From Laetmonice hystrix (lineage: Eukaryota), in NCBI GenBank assembly GCA_965235115.1, contig OZ249436.1, forward strand, positions 23,314,001 to 23,378,000: 64,000 nt of DNA, in the 5' to 3' direction. Below, piece by piece: positions 25,562 through 39,647 of this stretch (positions within the stretch are counted from its first letter, which is position 1; every line of letters starts with the position of its first letter). The translations under genes and the position numbers were made by a program. The notes under the pieces are model-generated. The model ran no database searches and was not told where the DNA came from. It was given only the letters and a program-made list of their open reading frames with translations.

Positions 25562-26800
25562 GAGCTGGTGACACATACAAGCGTTTACCGCATCCGTACA
25601 CCGCGTCCAGTCATCGCATCCGTCCAAATGGGTTTGGACATTATGGTTTACAACCAAGCATGACACATACCTCCGACCACGATTATCGGGTGCGATCAAA
25701 CGGATCCGTTGATCGCAATTTTTGAACACTGCTTAATTTTTGCGATGAACGCGTCGGTAAACGCAAGGGGGACTCCATATTATGACGTCAAATTGGGGAA
25801 GCCCTCACACCAACTATGCCGCGGGAATATACAACCCTGACAAAGCAACAGGTTGGGGAGCTGATAGAGGGTGTCAGGAGACACCCCTGTCTATAATGAG
25901 GACACATATTGCACCATGACACAGAGAGGTGTCAAAATGCCTGGAAGGCAATCAAAAGTACACTACGAACGGAATTGAGCGGTGAGTAGCTAGACTGTGT
26001 GTGATGGTAACATGTTACGGACATATTGGCCCGTATAGGAATCGTGCAGTAGGAACCCGGTTAACCCATGTACCAGGCACAGTTACTTTCTTATCATGTC
26101 ATCATCGACATATATCCCCAAAAGGCGTAAATGCGGTATTTCAGGGGGTCACGACAGGGTGTCCCTTGCACTGCTCTCCCAATAGTCACAGACCTGACTT
26201 TTTTCAGACATTACACCCAGCCCCTCTAGAACCACTGCAAATCATATTACAGGGCTGCAAAACGAATTCATATTCCAGCAAACAAATTATTTCGGGTGTT
26301 TGGTGAAGAACAATTATTGCGACGAATGGACGTTTTGGTTTCGTCGCTTGTGTGTGTCATGTGTTGCCGCATGTTTGCCGTCCGTTCATCGCATCAGGTA
26401 CCGGGTGCGTCAAACGCTACTGCGATTACCGCAGGTATGTGTCACCGGCAGCCACCTTTTCATCAACGCATCCTGACATCCCGGGTACTCTTCACCTTGT
26501 ATGATCGGGATCCTCTTGTAATGCCGCGCTTGAATTTCTGCCAGGGTGTTCCAATATGCTGGCTGTTCTTCATGCCGGAATCTCAGGATCGCCTCGCAAA
26601 TAATTATTGTCGTACTGGTCTGTAAAGCATGACATACACAAGCGGCGAAACCAAAACGTCCATACGTCGCAATAGATTTTCTTCACCAAACCCACGAAAT
26701 GATTTGTTTGCTGAACTATGAATTCGTTTTGCAGCCCTGTAAAATGATTTGCAGTGGTTCTAGAGGGGTTGGGTGTAATGTCTGCAAAAAATCAGGTCAT
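25562..26800. mobile_element. Palindromic MITE-like element(s) with an internal inverted segment
   Basis: GCTGGTGACACATAC (25564) and GTATGTGTCACCGGC (~26394-26408) are inverted. ~26190-26355 is inverted relative to ~26635-26798. Confidence 0.55.
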
Positions 26801-28637
26801 AAATCAAGTGCATCAGCCTGCCCCAAGGCCTAAATATCATAGAAATTTGAGACAGAGCCGCTGATATCAGATATCACGTTTTGCAGATTTTGCATGGTCT
26901 ATCCATGGACTGACACTTAAATGACCATAAACGGGATGCCAATCAGTTTTTTTAGAAACGGTACTTTGAATGTGATTCACTGCGTGGTATCATGCTCCAA
27001 TCGTAGTGGCTTTTAGTTTAATTGCCTGTTCAAAAACGTAGTGAAACAAGTGATTTGCCATTAGTAGACCGATACTGAGTTCCCAACACATCCAGTACTA
27101 TATTCCAATGCAAAATTCTTTTCTCGCATATACTTTTCCATTCGGAGAGTCGCAGTGGGTTAAGTGAACGAAAGTTGCGGTCAGTGATGTGATCGACATC
27201 TAAATTCACAACACGATTCTTCCCGCCTCCACCACAATAATTCACAACACGATTCTTCCCGCCTCCACCACAATAATTCGCGCGCTCTGTGCCACCGTCA
27301 ATCGTCTGCTCCAGCCAGGCGTGAAATTGAAGCGTCCAAGATTCGGCCACAAGGCTGTCTATAAAATGGTATAGATTTTCATTCACGGGAGCATGTATGT
27401 GACAAATATGTTGCTGTCGCTCCTTCAGAGAAGTGGAGGTCGAGGAACAATGGATCACGCGCGGGTTAAGCGTGCTGTCTTGGACCCGTGTGGTCATGTC
27501 AGCCAATGATCGCGCTCTGGTTCGTCATCTATTCCGACGACTTCCAGGTCTAATCCCCGGGCGCTGACCACATGCTCAAGTTATCATGAGAAGCATAGTC
27601 TGGCGCAAAGTTTGACTATTCAATCAGAATATTACCTTATAACCACTGACACAGTCAATCCCTATACACGCTGACATTGAAAGATATATCGAGGAATTCC
27701 TTACAAATATCACACTATGCAATTTTCTTGATTATTTTCTTTTTATTTAAACTCCTCACAATATTCGTTTTCTCCACATGTCTAGCTCCTTCAAATATGA
27801 CTTCAACCACCAAGGCTTGTCAATCTCTTCTAAAGCCCCCGCCACACTTCCGGGATCAAGCGACGGTTTGGAATGATCCGTAGCACAAAGCGATCAGGCA
27901 GCTTCCGTGACCTGGAAAGGGGATGGTGCGTGAAACTCCGTATCTAGAACGGGTTGAGAAGGGTTGACACGGCTCCAGTAGGGGTTACTACGACAACTGG
28001 ATCACACATAGCCGACCAGCCGACCAATGGTTTCAGCCGAGGCTGCACCCGTCGGTTGCCTGTCGCCTGAAGGCTGCGACACACTATGCGATTGTTTCAG
28101 CCGATAACACAAGCGTCAGCTATCGTTTCTGTTGTCGGCTAGTGTGTCCAGGGCCCTGTTTCATAAAAAATCTTACATTTTAGATTTAATCATATTGTCG
28201 ATATACGATAGATTCTGTTTCATAAAAGATCGTTCTTGTCGAAGAACGATAAATTTGTCACGACCAAATGAAAAATCGCTCAAGTGTTTCATAAAATCGT
28301 TCTTGGCTTTTTTTCAATCGTTATTTCCTCGAAAATAGTCGTTGGCCACGACCACCCCGAGGGTTGTCGTAGGATAATATAAAAACACGAAATGAGTGAA
28401 TTTTGGCGAAATTTTACTACAACCGTCATTTATGGAGAGGAGAAGGAGGCGTCGGTGGTTCTTCGCGTGAATAAACCCAATTAATACTAGGTTTTACGGT
28501 GACTTATTCGTGAAACATATCGTTATTTCCTCGAGAAAAAAAAATCGTTGGCCACGACCACACCGAGGGTTGTCGTAGAATAATATAAAGGCGCGAAATA
28601 AGTGAATTTTTGCGGAATTTTACTTCAACCGTGAATT

Positions 28638-29120
28638 ATGGAGGGGAGAAGGAGATGGTTCTTAGCGCGAATAGACCCAATTAATAGGTTTGACGGCGAC
28701 TTATTCGGGAAACGGTATCGGCTGGACAAGGAGTCAGTGATCGCCCTTTCAAGAACATATGAAGACTCGCCGTTTTGCTCAACGTCCGGCGACCCAAGTA
28801 GTATCATGAATATAGTCAAAGCTTGAATTTGTGTAAAGAACCTAACATTTATTCAAAATTTCCCAAATGTATTACTTAGAAACAAGTAAGGTATACTTCT
28901 TTAATAGGGTAATTCTTCTTAAAGTAATTAAGATGTCTATATCAGCTGTGTAGGCCTAAAACTAACTCACCAAAAAATATGTTAATAACCCCTTCCTCAT
29001 TTTGCAGATGTGTTTGGCCCTGTGCTTCTACGCGACAGGGCCCAACTACAGAGTTCTGAGCGACCTCTAGGACTTTAGCAAGCCCACCGTTAGCCGGGCC
29101 GTAGGGGAGGTGACGGATAT
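28638..29120 (+). pseudogene. Harbinger/HARBI1-like transposase N-terminal remnant (two exons)
   Basis: RIDPINRFDGDLFGKRYRLDKESVIAL, then after TTTTGCAG (29007) MCLALCFYATGPNYRVLSDL*DFSKPTVSRAVGEVT, the HTH region of Harbinger transposases, with an internal stop. Confidence 0.75.
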
Positions 29121-29719
29121 TGAGGGAGTCCATACTGTGCCTCTCTCATCTTGTGCTTTATCTTGGGAGATGATGACTTTTTCTTCTCTTTGTGTTCTTT
29201 GTGTTCTTTACTGGGAACATCCGGGACATGGGGTTTCTTGTGGAGGGCAAAACATAAGACATCTATGCCTACAATGTAGGCCTACATGATTCTATCTTTT
29301 ATTTACCGGATAACAAGCACTAAGTCTTAGTACTAACCCTAACTAGGTATCTACTATAGGTCTATACGGTGTAGTGTTTTCCATTCAGCAGAAATACTTG
29401 GTCGCCCAACTACTTATGTTTTTTTTACCATACCAGCCCATTATAAACAAGCATGTGAAGCTTATAGCCCCCACCAATAACTATGGATTCTTGAAGAAAC
29501 GATGCACGACTTCAATTGATCTTTAAAGGGCAAAGAAAATATTGCCAAAGAAAACTTCGTATGTACTTCGTCCGCATCTTATAGTAACTATGCAGTTATG
29601 TACAATTTGATAGTGTTATCCGACGTCAAGTGTTTTGTCTAGATACAATTGCAAATATGCTTGACCTTGATTGACCTTTAGAGGTTAGTTAAATTCATGG
29701 AAATTCATGATTTTCTGAT

Positions 29720-30870
29720 TTGGAGGTACAGGCCATTAAAATCTGCATGACCTTGATTGACCTAGACAGCGATTTCTCACAAGTGTATGGGTCTATTTCT
29801 TTGAAACTTCACACAATGATCAGGGATGATCTGAGTATGACGCACATCAAACAGATTTTTGATATCATTCAAAATGGCCGCTTAGCGGCCATCTTGGATG
29901 TAAACACATTTTCATCAATAACTCAGCCAAAACAATACGATTTCTTTCAAACCTGGTACAGGGAGGAGGCATAATGATGGCCATTATGCATCGCAATACA
30001 ATTTCAATTCAGATCAAAAATGGCGACATGGCGGCCATATTTGTTTATTGACCCCCCACAATGACACTGTTTTGGCTTATATCTCGAAAACGGTGCAAGA
30101 TGACGCAATAGTTACTATTATTGCGATAGAGAGGAAGTCATATATGAAGTTTCATTTGGCGCCATTTTCCATGACCTTGAGCGACCTTGAAAGGTCAATC
30201 AAGGTCATGCAGATTTTCAATAGCCTGGGTCTTTAAAACAGTTGACGATAACAACATAATCTTGCATGAAACATACATAATGATCAGGTACAGTCCAAGG
30301 TAGAGGCAGGTCAAAGATATTTTTGACATCAGTCAAAATGGCCGCGTGGTGGCCATCTTGGATATAATCACATTTGGAGCAATAACTCAGACAAAACGAT
30401 CCCGATTTCTTTCAAATTTCGTAGAAAGAAGATGCATATGAGGGGCAATGAATAGGCCAATGTATTCCCAGATCAGAGCAAATATGGGGACATGGCGGCC
30501 ATATTAATATCTTTACCCCCCCCCCAACACTGTTTTGGCTCGTATCTCGAAAACGGTGCAAGATAAGGCAATAGTTACTATTATTTACAGATAGGAAGTC
30601 ATATATGAAGTTTCATTTGGCGCCATTTCCCATGACCTTGAGCGACCTTGAAAGGTCAATCAAGGTCATGCATATTTTAATGGCCTGTACCTCCAAACCA
30701 GTTGAAGATAACAACATCTAATCTTGCATGAAACATTACATAATAACCAGGGACAGTCTAAGGAGGATACAGGTCAAACATATCCTTAAAAATGGCTGCT
30801 TGGTGGCCATCTTGGATATGAAGAAATTCGAAACAATAACTCTGACATTTTCTGGACTTCTTGGTGACAG
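29720..30870. repeat. Tandem ~480-bp units of a common interspersed repeat (TGACCTTGA/AAGGTCAA, GGCGGCCATCTTG motifs)
   Basis: TATCTCGAAAACGGTGCAAGAT...AGGAAGTCATATATG duplicated at ~30080 and ~30545. Confidence 0.65.
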
Positions 30871-32856
30871 AAGGCATGAGGGGCAACAAGCGTGCCAAAA
30901 GTACACATAGTTCCTGGACCCACAGATAATTAGTCCCTACTCAGTTGGTGGGCTGTGACTCTGACGGGATCTGGTGAAATTTACTAATATTAGTAAAAAT
31001 TGAGAGAGAAAATCATGAATTTCCATGAATTTAACTAACTTCCAAAGGTCAATCAAGGTCAAGCATATTTGCAATTGCCTGTATATACAAAATACTTCAC
31101 GCCGGATAACGCTATCAAACTGTACATAACTGACCTCTAAAGGTCAATCAAGGTCAAGCATATTTGCAATTGCCTGTATCTAGACAAAACACTTCACGTC
31201 GGATAACACTATCAAACTGTACATGACTGCATAGTTACTAAGATGCAGACAAACTCACAAAGTACATCTTCACCCCGGATAACGCTATCAAACTGTACAT
31301 AACTGCCTAGTTACTATAAGATGCGGACGAAGTACATACGAAGTTTCATTTGGCAATATTTTCTTTGCCCTTCAAAGATCAATTGAAGTCGTGCACCGTT
31401 TCTTCAAGAATCCATAGTTCTTGGTGGGGGCTATAAGCTTCACAAGCTTGTTTATAATGGGCTAGTATGGTAAAAAAAGTAAACATAAGTAGTTGGGCGA
31501 CCAAGTATTTCTGCTTAATGGAAAACACTACACCGTATAGACCTATAGTAGATACCTAGTTAGGGCTAGTACTAAGACTTAGTGCTTGTTATCCGGTAAA
31601 TAAAGGATACAATCATGTAGGCCTACATTGTAGGCATGACATTTGGGAAATTTTGAATAAATGTTAGGTTTTTGACACAAATTCAAGCTTTGACTATATG
31701 CATGATACTACTTGGGTCGCCGGACGTTGAGCAAAACGGCGAGTCTTCATATATGTTCTTGAAAGGGCGATCACTGACTCCTTGTCCAGCTGATACCGTT
31801 TCCCGAATAAGTCGCCGTCAAACGTATTAATTGGGTCTATTCGCTTGAAGAACCACCGACGCCTCCTTCTCCCCTCCATAATTCACGGTTGAAGTAAAAT
31901 TCCCCAAAAATTCACTCATTTCGCGCCTTTATATTATTCTACGATAACCCTCGGGGTGGTCGTGGCCAACGATTTTTTTTTTCGAGGAAATAAAGTCACC
32001 GTAAAACCTAGTATTAATTGGGTTTATTCACGCGAAGAACCACTGACGCTTCCTTCTCCCCTCCATAAATGACAGTTGTAGTAAAATTCCGCCAAAATTC
32101 ACTCATTTCACGCCTTTATATTATCCTGCGACAACCCCCGGGGTGGTCGTGGCCAGCTACTTTTTTCGAGGAAATAACGATTGAAAAAAAGCCAAGAACG
32201 ATTTTATGAAACACTTGAGCGATTTGTCATTTGGTCTTGACAAATTTATCGTTCTTCGCCAAGAACGATCTTTTATGAAACAGAATCTATCGTACATCGA
32301 CAATATGATTAAATCTAAAATGTAAGATTTTTTTATGAAACAGGGCCCTGGCAGTGGCTAGGAATTCTGTCGCTTCAGTTGTCGTAACTTGGTCTGGCAA
32401 ATGCAGCGACAAAATTTATATTCACCATGTTGAATATTTTCCTGTTGCTGCGACAGGTCAAGCGATAGATGCGCCCACAGAACGGCCGACAGCAAGTCGC
32501 ATAGTGTGTCACCGATCCTCATTTACACTAAAGGCCGCGACACACTATGCGATTTTTTCAGCCGACAGCTATCGGTTTTGTTGTCGGCTAGAGTGTGTCC
32601 TGGCTGTCGCCAGGAATTCTGTTGCTTGAGTTGTTGTAACTTGGCCCGACAAATGCAGCGACCAATATTCAACATGATGCATATATTTTCCTGTTGCTGC
32701 GACAAGTCAAGCGATAGATGCGCCGACAGAACGGCCGACAGCAAGTCGCATCTAGCGACTCCGAATCGCCGGGCCCCACGACTCAAGTCGCTGGCGACCG
32801 CAGTCGCCCACGACTCTGAAATCGGCGTGAATCGCGCCCAATTACCCAGACACCAG

Positions 32857-35800
32857 GGGCCGGTTCCTCAGTCGCGCTAAGTATTACTTAGTCAAGATAT
32901 CATCCGAAAATGTTACTTAACCGTTCCTCAGTCGCGTTAAGATATGCCGAGCCTATCTTAACCATTACTTGCCTAATGCCCCCTCTCCACTAAGCCGATA
33001 TCTGAAGCGATAACAGGGGCGAAAAAGTTCGCTGCTAGATCGCCTTAGTGGAGATGGTTCTCGGTTGAGGTTCGCCCGGTCGCCTGAAGATCGGTTGAAG
33101 ATCGCTTCGCCAACCGATAACATTAAACTGCAAAACCCGTCTCCACTAAGCCGAAATCTGAAGCGATAACAGGAGCGAAAAAGTTCGCTTCTAGATCGCC
33201 TGCATGAGCCGAACTTCGCCTTAGTGGAGATGGTTCTCGGTTGAGCATCGCCCGGTCGCCTGAAGGTCGGTTCACGATCGCTCCGCCAACCGATAACATT
33301 AAACTTGTTTAATGTTCTCGGTTCTGAATCGGCTGATCGGCGCGTTCGCTTCAGTTTCCACTAGGCCTAGTCTTCTCAGCTAAGTGGTGTGTGCAAGGAC
33401 CTGTAGGTGTCGCTAAAAGTATGTCACGTGACACAATTCTTCTTTCGGCAATACAAAATATGACCGCGTGACAAGATGGTTCGAACAGCAAGAAATGTGC
33501 AAGGAAAGACGATCATTACCGAATATGGAAAGCGTAAAAAAAATATTCGAAATCGAACTGCAGCATCTGTAGCACATAAAAAAAGGAACAGATGGGCCAT
33601 CAGAGCGGAACCATCAAGGGAGGGGCCCGATGTCAGTCCAGATTGTGCAGTGGCGTACCTACTGGGTAGCGCCGACAATAGTTGTGAAGTACAACTCCAG
33701 CGAGGATCACTTTATCCACATTTCTTGATATCATTTCGATTTCGCGCCGAAAAATACTGAATTTTGTTGGACCATTCATATAATCATGGAATGTGGATTG
33801 GCGCCAGATCTGACCCCCCCCCCCCCCCATCACTGGCTCTTCCCTCCCCGCCAACATCGACGAAGATATTAAATTAGATTTTAGATTTTAAAGAAATTTT
33901 ACTCATAAATACTTTGATCCAATTCATAGGGCCATGCAAAATTTTATTTCTGTACTCCAAATAGTTTTCGAGATAAGGCTTTTTAAATTGTTCACCCCTT
34001 GGACCCTTTCCAGACCTAAGTTTCGCTTATTTTTGTGCCGATTTTGAGGACCTATAACAGCACAATTATAAGAGTGAGTATTCCCATATTTTATTAACTT
34101 ACTGTCCTTGGTAGGTATATGCAAAATACAAGACAACAGGTTCATCCTGGGAATATTGTTTCTGTACGAGTGGTGCCAAAATGGCGTTTTGGCCAATTTT
34201 TACCTAAAATATTTAGCTGTGCAACAGGGTTTTTCCCATTTGAAAAGGCATATTTTCTTTAATTCTTTATAGATCTTCACCAAACTTTCAGGGAATGCTT
34301 ACAGGCCATATTCCTATATAATCATAGTCCAAAACTAGTTCTTTGACCTTAAGCATAGTGATATCCGACTTTTTGGAGGAGATGGATATTTCTGAAAGTT
34401 TAAAGTGCTCTAAAAAAGTTAGTTTTCAATATTTTTATTTCAAGTTTGGCACATGGATAGTCTATGGGGAGTTCTTTTAAGAAAATATATTACAAGTTTC
34501 GAACTTGGATTAGATTTTTAATTAAGTCCTATCAAAAATGGCAAAAAAATGAAAAATATGGTATCAGGCCCCACATATGAAAAATTTTCACACAAAAGGG
34601 ATTGAGAGCACAGTCTCCAAACTTTTTTCAAATAATAAGGACATACATAGGTACAGTTGACAAAAAAATCAGTAATGTGCTAGCTTTCCTTCCAGTCTTT
34701 AATGTATCATGAATACAGCCATTTTTTTGACATTACAGGTGGGTCATTCCATGTTGAACCTATGGCAAAAAAGTTGATGTCTCCGAATTTCTTGAAATTG
34801 TAACCACATATTTGACAGCCGTATTTGGCCACCTCTGCAAAATTGCAGCTGGGTAACCCAAGAGTAGTTCCCAGGGGACGCGGCTATTGGGTACACCGAT
34901 AACGATAAACGATAATGTTCGCGGCGGGCAGTGGAGACGCCTTTCGGTTCAGTATCGTTCGTTCGCTTCACCAAGCGATTTCTATCTTTCCGATTTTTCG
35001 GATGATCGCCTTAGTGGAGCAGGCAGTGGAGACGCCTTTCGGTTCAATATCGTTCGTTCGCTTCACCCAAGCGATTTCCATCCGATGACAGCAAAGATCG
35101 GCTTGTCGCTTTATCGGATGATCGCCTTAGTGGAGAGCCTACATTAGTCAGGTGGGGAGGTTACTTAACGGTCACCGAGTGCCGATCGTGCAGAGCTGAC
35201 CGGCACAGTGAGCAAAGTGGTCCGGTCAGTGGCTTGCATGTACCGAAATGGAGGACGAGGGCTTTCGAATTCGGCGATGTTTGAGGATTCTCGACAGACA
35301 ACGCATAAAACGAAGGTTGCCAGACCCCTCAAACCCACTGGAGATATATAGGAGGGTTTCCATATTTTTAGGGAAAATTGTCATATATGTTATCTTTTAA
35401 CTAATATTCAAGCTGTTGGGCACAGTTTGGGTGCTAATCTATGTTTCTTTAAATATATATTGAGAACAGGAAGCAACACAATGTCAGCTTATGAAGTCCT
35501 CAGTAATATTGTAAGAGATAAAGTATAAAGTTTATTGTCACTCGGTGGTGGGAAGGTATAAAATAAACAGTTCTATTGGCAGTGCAACTATGGATTGTCA
35601 CTCCATGACACAAAAATGCTATGTCCCACCACTGGCGGATCCAGGATTTCACTAAAGGGGGCACAGAAAAGCAATTCATGATTGTTTGAATACTAATTAA
35701 AGCTCATGCTCTTGAATGAGAGTTTTAGAGGTATATGCCTACATAATAGCTCGGGGTTTCCCTCAGACACGCCGTCACTGTTAAAATTAATTAAAAATGA

Positions 35801-36420
35801 GTAGGCTATAGCCATGTAAGCCTATAATGCCCCATGTGCCCCCTCTCTGTATCCGCCTTTGCATTGTACTCAGCGTTCTCCCCAGGGCAAAATCTCAACT
35901 AGAGTTAAAAATTCAGTGACAGTGTGTCATGACAGTGTCTCAACTCCATGACATCTCTTCTACTTAAAATGGCCTAATTAAGAAATTTTAATTTGAAATC
36001 TGCTCTGCTGATACATGTTTTTAAATGTTTCCATAGCAGACTAAAAATATTCTAATATCATTTGGATCATTTTTTTTTAAATATCCAAGCAAAAATTCCC
36101 TAAAATTATAGAAACCCTCATAGCCTTGTCGCCATACTGTTCGACCGCTGTGGTTACCCGTCGAATGGCGGGGGAGAGGTCAGCCAGTTCCTTTTATTGT
36201 TTCCCGTATGGGAGAGGTTCACTCTTGTGTGATGGAAAATACGAATCGCTGACGCGTGCATTCGGAAGGGTCCACTGTCATGGCTTAGCTAAGCTGGGCC
36301 GTGCCTAGCTGTGCGTGACTCTTTCGACGACTGAGGAACCCATTTTTGGGAATGGGCACTGCCCAGCTTACTTGTTACTATGCCAAGTCGTACTTAGGCG
36401 CGCGACTGAGGAACCGGCCC
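32857..36420. mobile_element. Harbinger-derived non-autonomous element with nested insertions
   Basis: GGGCCGGTTCCTCAGTCGCGC ... GCGCGACTGAGGAACCGGCCC with CAG/CTG flanks. HARBI1-like start (RRLPDPSNPLEIY) near 35250-35350. Confidence 0.78.
32980..35140. mobile_element. Nested element with CTCTCCACTAAG / CTTAGTGGAGAG ends carrying a Harbinger transposase C-terminal remnant
   Basis: Inverted CCACTAAG repeats at both ends. Minus strand KVILAGVVLHNYCRR at ~33670-33720. Confidence 0.55.
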
Positions 36421-37349
36421 CTGGTACATGACAGTCGGCCATGAAAGTGACTGTTGGTACAGGCAACAGATGCAACAGATAATAATATAATAATAATAAT
36501 CATGTTTATTTCCACAAACTAGGGTGTACAGAAAAGGTAGCTGAGATACATCCGGCATAGGAAGCAAGAATTTGCTTATGAAATCCCTATTAATATTGAT
36601 TGTTTATTACTGTATAGCAAAGCATTAGAAACACACAGGTTTAAAGCATGGAATGTTAGGCTACATGAAATGAACGGCGGGGTAAAGTATTGAGTACAAA
36701 GGAACGTCGTGCTAATACCCCCATCACACTAGAAGGCGATCTAGCTGCACTCTAGAAAATGGGCCAGATCGCCGTAGAGCGTGGATAGAGTTCCTTGAGG
36801 TCCTTCTGAGCGTCATAGGAGCGAGATAGTGTCTCCCTGGGTCGTCATATTGTCACCATGAGCGCCATTAGCGGCGACCAATTTTGAACATGCACAAAAT
36901 TTACGCCGCAGGGTCGCCGTGGATCTAAAAGCGCAGTTAGATCGAAATGCGATCACCATCAGCGTCCTAGGAGCGCAGTACCAAATTCCTGAGAGAGCAG
37001 GTCGAGCGCCAGTGAACGGGGTAGCATCGGCCTTCCCGTCCCATGGTGCTGGCCCGGCGCTCTTACCACGATGCTACCGAGACCTCGGTGACCCTAATGA
37101 GCCCATTACACGCTCCGCACGGTGCTGCCGCTGCGCTCATGACGTCAGAGCTGCGTTCTTGCTGCGCAGTGAGCGCAGTGTGATCGTATAGGACGTGGTA
37201 GCAACGCCATACGACGTGGTAGGGACGGCCTAAATTGTCCGAGAATTGCATTTTTCCACGTCGTGGCAGCAGGGTGGGAGCGGCATTGCAGTCACACTTG
37301 GAGGGGTTTTCTGATGTTGACGGCGACCAATGGCGATCTGCGATCTGCG

Positions 37350-38640
37350 ATCGATACATTCCCGATGTGGGGTTGCATTCCCGAATATTTGCCGAAATGT
37401 CGGTGATGGTTGAAAGTGCATTCTTCCCATACCTCCTCAATGCTTCCCCGAGGCACTGGGGAAGCTTCGGTGAGTACTTGCGAACCATCCCCGGTGCCTC
37501 GGGGAAGGGTTATTGGGGAGGCACCGGGGATGGTTCGCAAGTACTCACCGATGCTTCCCCTAATCTGCGGGGATATTTCCCCGATGCTGTTTCAAATTCA
37601 GGGTAGCTCCGGGGCACCTTGGCCGGGGCTTTCCCGGTCATCGGGAGCCATCCCCGACGATTCATAGCCATTGTTCGGGGGACATTCTCTGGACCATCCC
37701 CGATGCCTAATGCATGCCATCTGTAATGCTTAGGTCCCACTGGGGAAAAATCATCGGCGATGTAGAAATACACAAATCGGCTCCCGATGGCTCCCGATGC
37801 TCCCGAAGGTTTTGGCCCAAACAACGGAGCAGTCCCATTACAGATGGCACTCATTAGGCATCGGGAATGGTCCAGAGAATGTCCCCCGAACAATGGCCAT
37901 GAATCATCGGGGATGGCTCCCGATGGCCGGGAAAGCCCCGGGGTACCTTCGGCGATAATCGGCGAAGGTGCCCCGGAGCTACCCCGAATTTAAAACACCA
38001 TCGGGGAAATATCCCCGTAGATTAGGGGAAGCATCGGTGAGTACTTGCGAACCATCCCCGGTGCCTCCCCAATAACCCTTCCCCGAGGCACCGGGGATGG
38101 TTCGCAAGTACTCACCGATGCTTCCCCGGTGCCTCGGGGAAGCATTGGGGAGGTATGGGAAGAATGCACTTTCAACCATGACCGACATTTCGGCGAATAT
38201 TCGGGAATGCAACCCCACATCGGGAATGTATCACCGACAGGTCGCTGATAGGTCGCCGGACATGCGGCGGAGATCAAAATATCCCCGGAGGTTCCCTGAT
38301 CCTTCGCCGAAACAACACACGAGGTTCGGGGGGACGAAGGTTTCGCGGAAGCTTAGGGGAAGCATCCCCGGGGCTTCCCTGGGCCTCGGGAAAGCTACGG
38401 GGTTGCCTCCCCGGCCTGTTTTACCGACAAAACGTCGGGAACACATCAGGAAAAATTTCAATGCAGACATTGAAATTTTGTGCAGTTCTCCCGATGCCTC
38501 CCGATGGTTCCACATGGCTCCCGATGCTCCCGAGGCTTCCCCGGAACACCGGGGAACCTGTTCCCGACGCCTCCCGAGGCTCTTCAATTTACATCGGGAG
38601 AACATCCCCGAGGCCAAAAATGCCCAGTGGGACTGAGCCA
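37350..38640. mobile_element. Family H2 MITE: full inverted copy (37727-38640) abutting a partial copy (37350-37726)
   Basis: TGCTTAGGTCCCACTGGG ... CCCAGTGGGACTGAGCCA with TAA at 37724-37726 and 38641-38643. Confidence 0.82.
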
Positions 38641-39186
38641 TAAGCATAAGCAATCAGTTATGGAGTTTTCGGCACTGATTAGCCAACATGGAAAACACCT
38701 AGACGTGTCGGATGCAATTCTTACTTCCACATTCACTAATGGGCTGTTAGAACCAATGGCGTCGGCAATGGTAAGGGAAGACCCTAAAAATATTCACGAG
38801 GCAGTTGACCTGGCCCTTAAAGACGAGGAAATCCCCACACTGTTGCATCACACTACGGGGTCGGCAAACGCTGTGTTAGAAACACAGTTGTCTCACATGC
38901 AGAGAGAGCTGAGTGATGTCCAAGTGCGACTGGCTAATCGCTCGGCTGCACTGGATAGAGCTCAACCCCAACCTCACTGCATGTCACACACAGTGGATGT
39001 AGATCCCAACACACACGCACAATTTAACGCGACTGCCGGAAGCATTCCCCCTACCAAACACACCGACATATCCCGTCAGGAAATAGCTGAACTCAAAAAT
39101 GAAATTAAGCAGCTAAAGCTGAAACAAACCCGGTATGACAGTAACACAGGGGGGGGGGGGGGGGCAAGACAGACACACCAGAACTA

Positions 39187-39613
39187 CCGTAAAATCTCTA
39201 ATAGAAGTCGCGACTTTTATTAGAGATTCAGTTTGGAAATACTCTGAAGAGAAGGCCAAAAGTAGGGGTGCGACTTCTGTTAGAGATTTTGGCTGAGCTC
39301 GTGAGAATAGTTATCTTAGAAACCACCAGGTGGCACCACTACAGAGACCACGTGCTTCCCTCCCACTGGAAAATAGGGATTGGGTCATGGTAAATAACTC
39401 GTCGGATGAATATTTTATTAACATTAGCAGTACTTTCAGGGACAAATATATTTTATTAACAAATTAACAGACCGTCCATTTGGGTCAAATGTTAAAAGTC
39501 TACCTGCGACTTCTTCTTGAGATTTTAACTAAATCGATGGGGGAAAAGTACAGATTCCAAAAGCGGGGGTGCGACTTCTATTAAAGGTGCGACTTCAATC
39601 AGAGATTTTACGG
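39187..39613. mobile_element. Tc1/mariner(pogo)-like MITE inserted in Gypsy gag
   Basis: TA-CCGTAAAATCTCT...AAGTCGC and GCGACTT...AGAGATTTTACGG-TA. Confidence 0.75.
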
Positions 39614-39647
39614 TACCAAAAATCAGGCCCAAAGTCCTTCCCATCAC

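Larger units (their letters stand above)
28152..32347. mobile_element. Harbinger-derived foldback element with kilobase inverted arms
   Basis: GGCCCTGTTTCATAAAAAATCTTAC ... GTAAGATTTTTTTATGAAACAGGGCC, flanked by CAG/CTG. 28152-28870 mirrors 31638-32347, and ~29270-29720 mirrors ~31010-31637. Inserted into a MITE whose intact copy at 32531 shows the empty site. Confidence 0.85.

Noticed and set aside
27030..27506. 158-aa ORF
   Set aside because: Contains a short tandem duplication (NYCGGGGKNRVV x2) and no recognisable domain.
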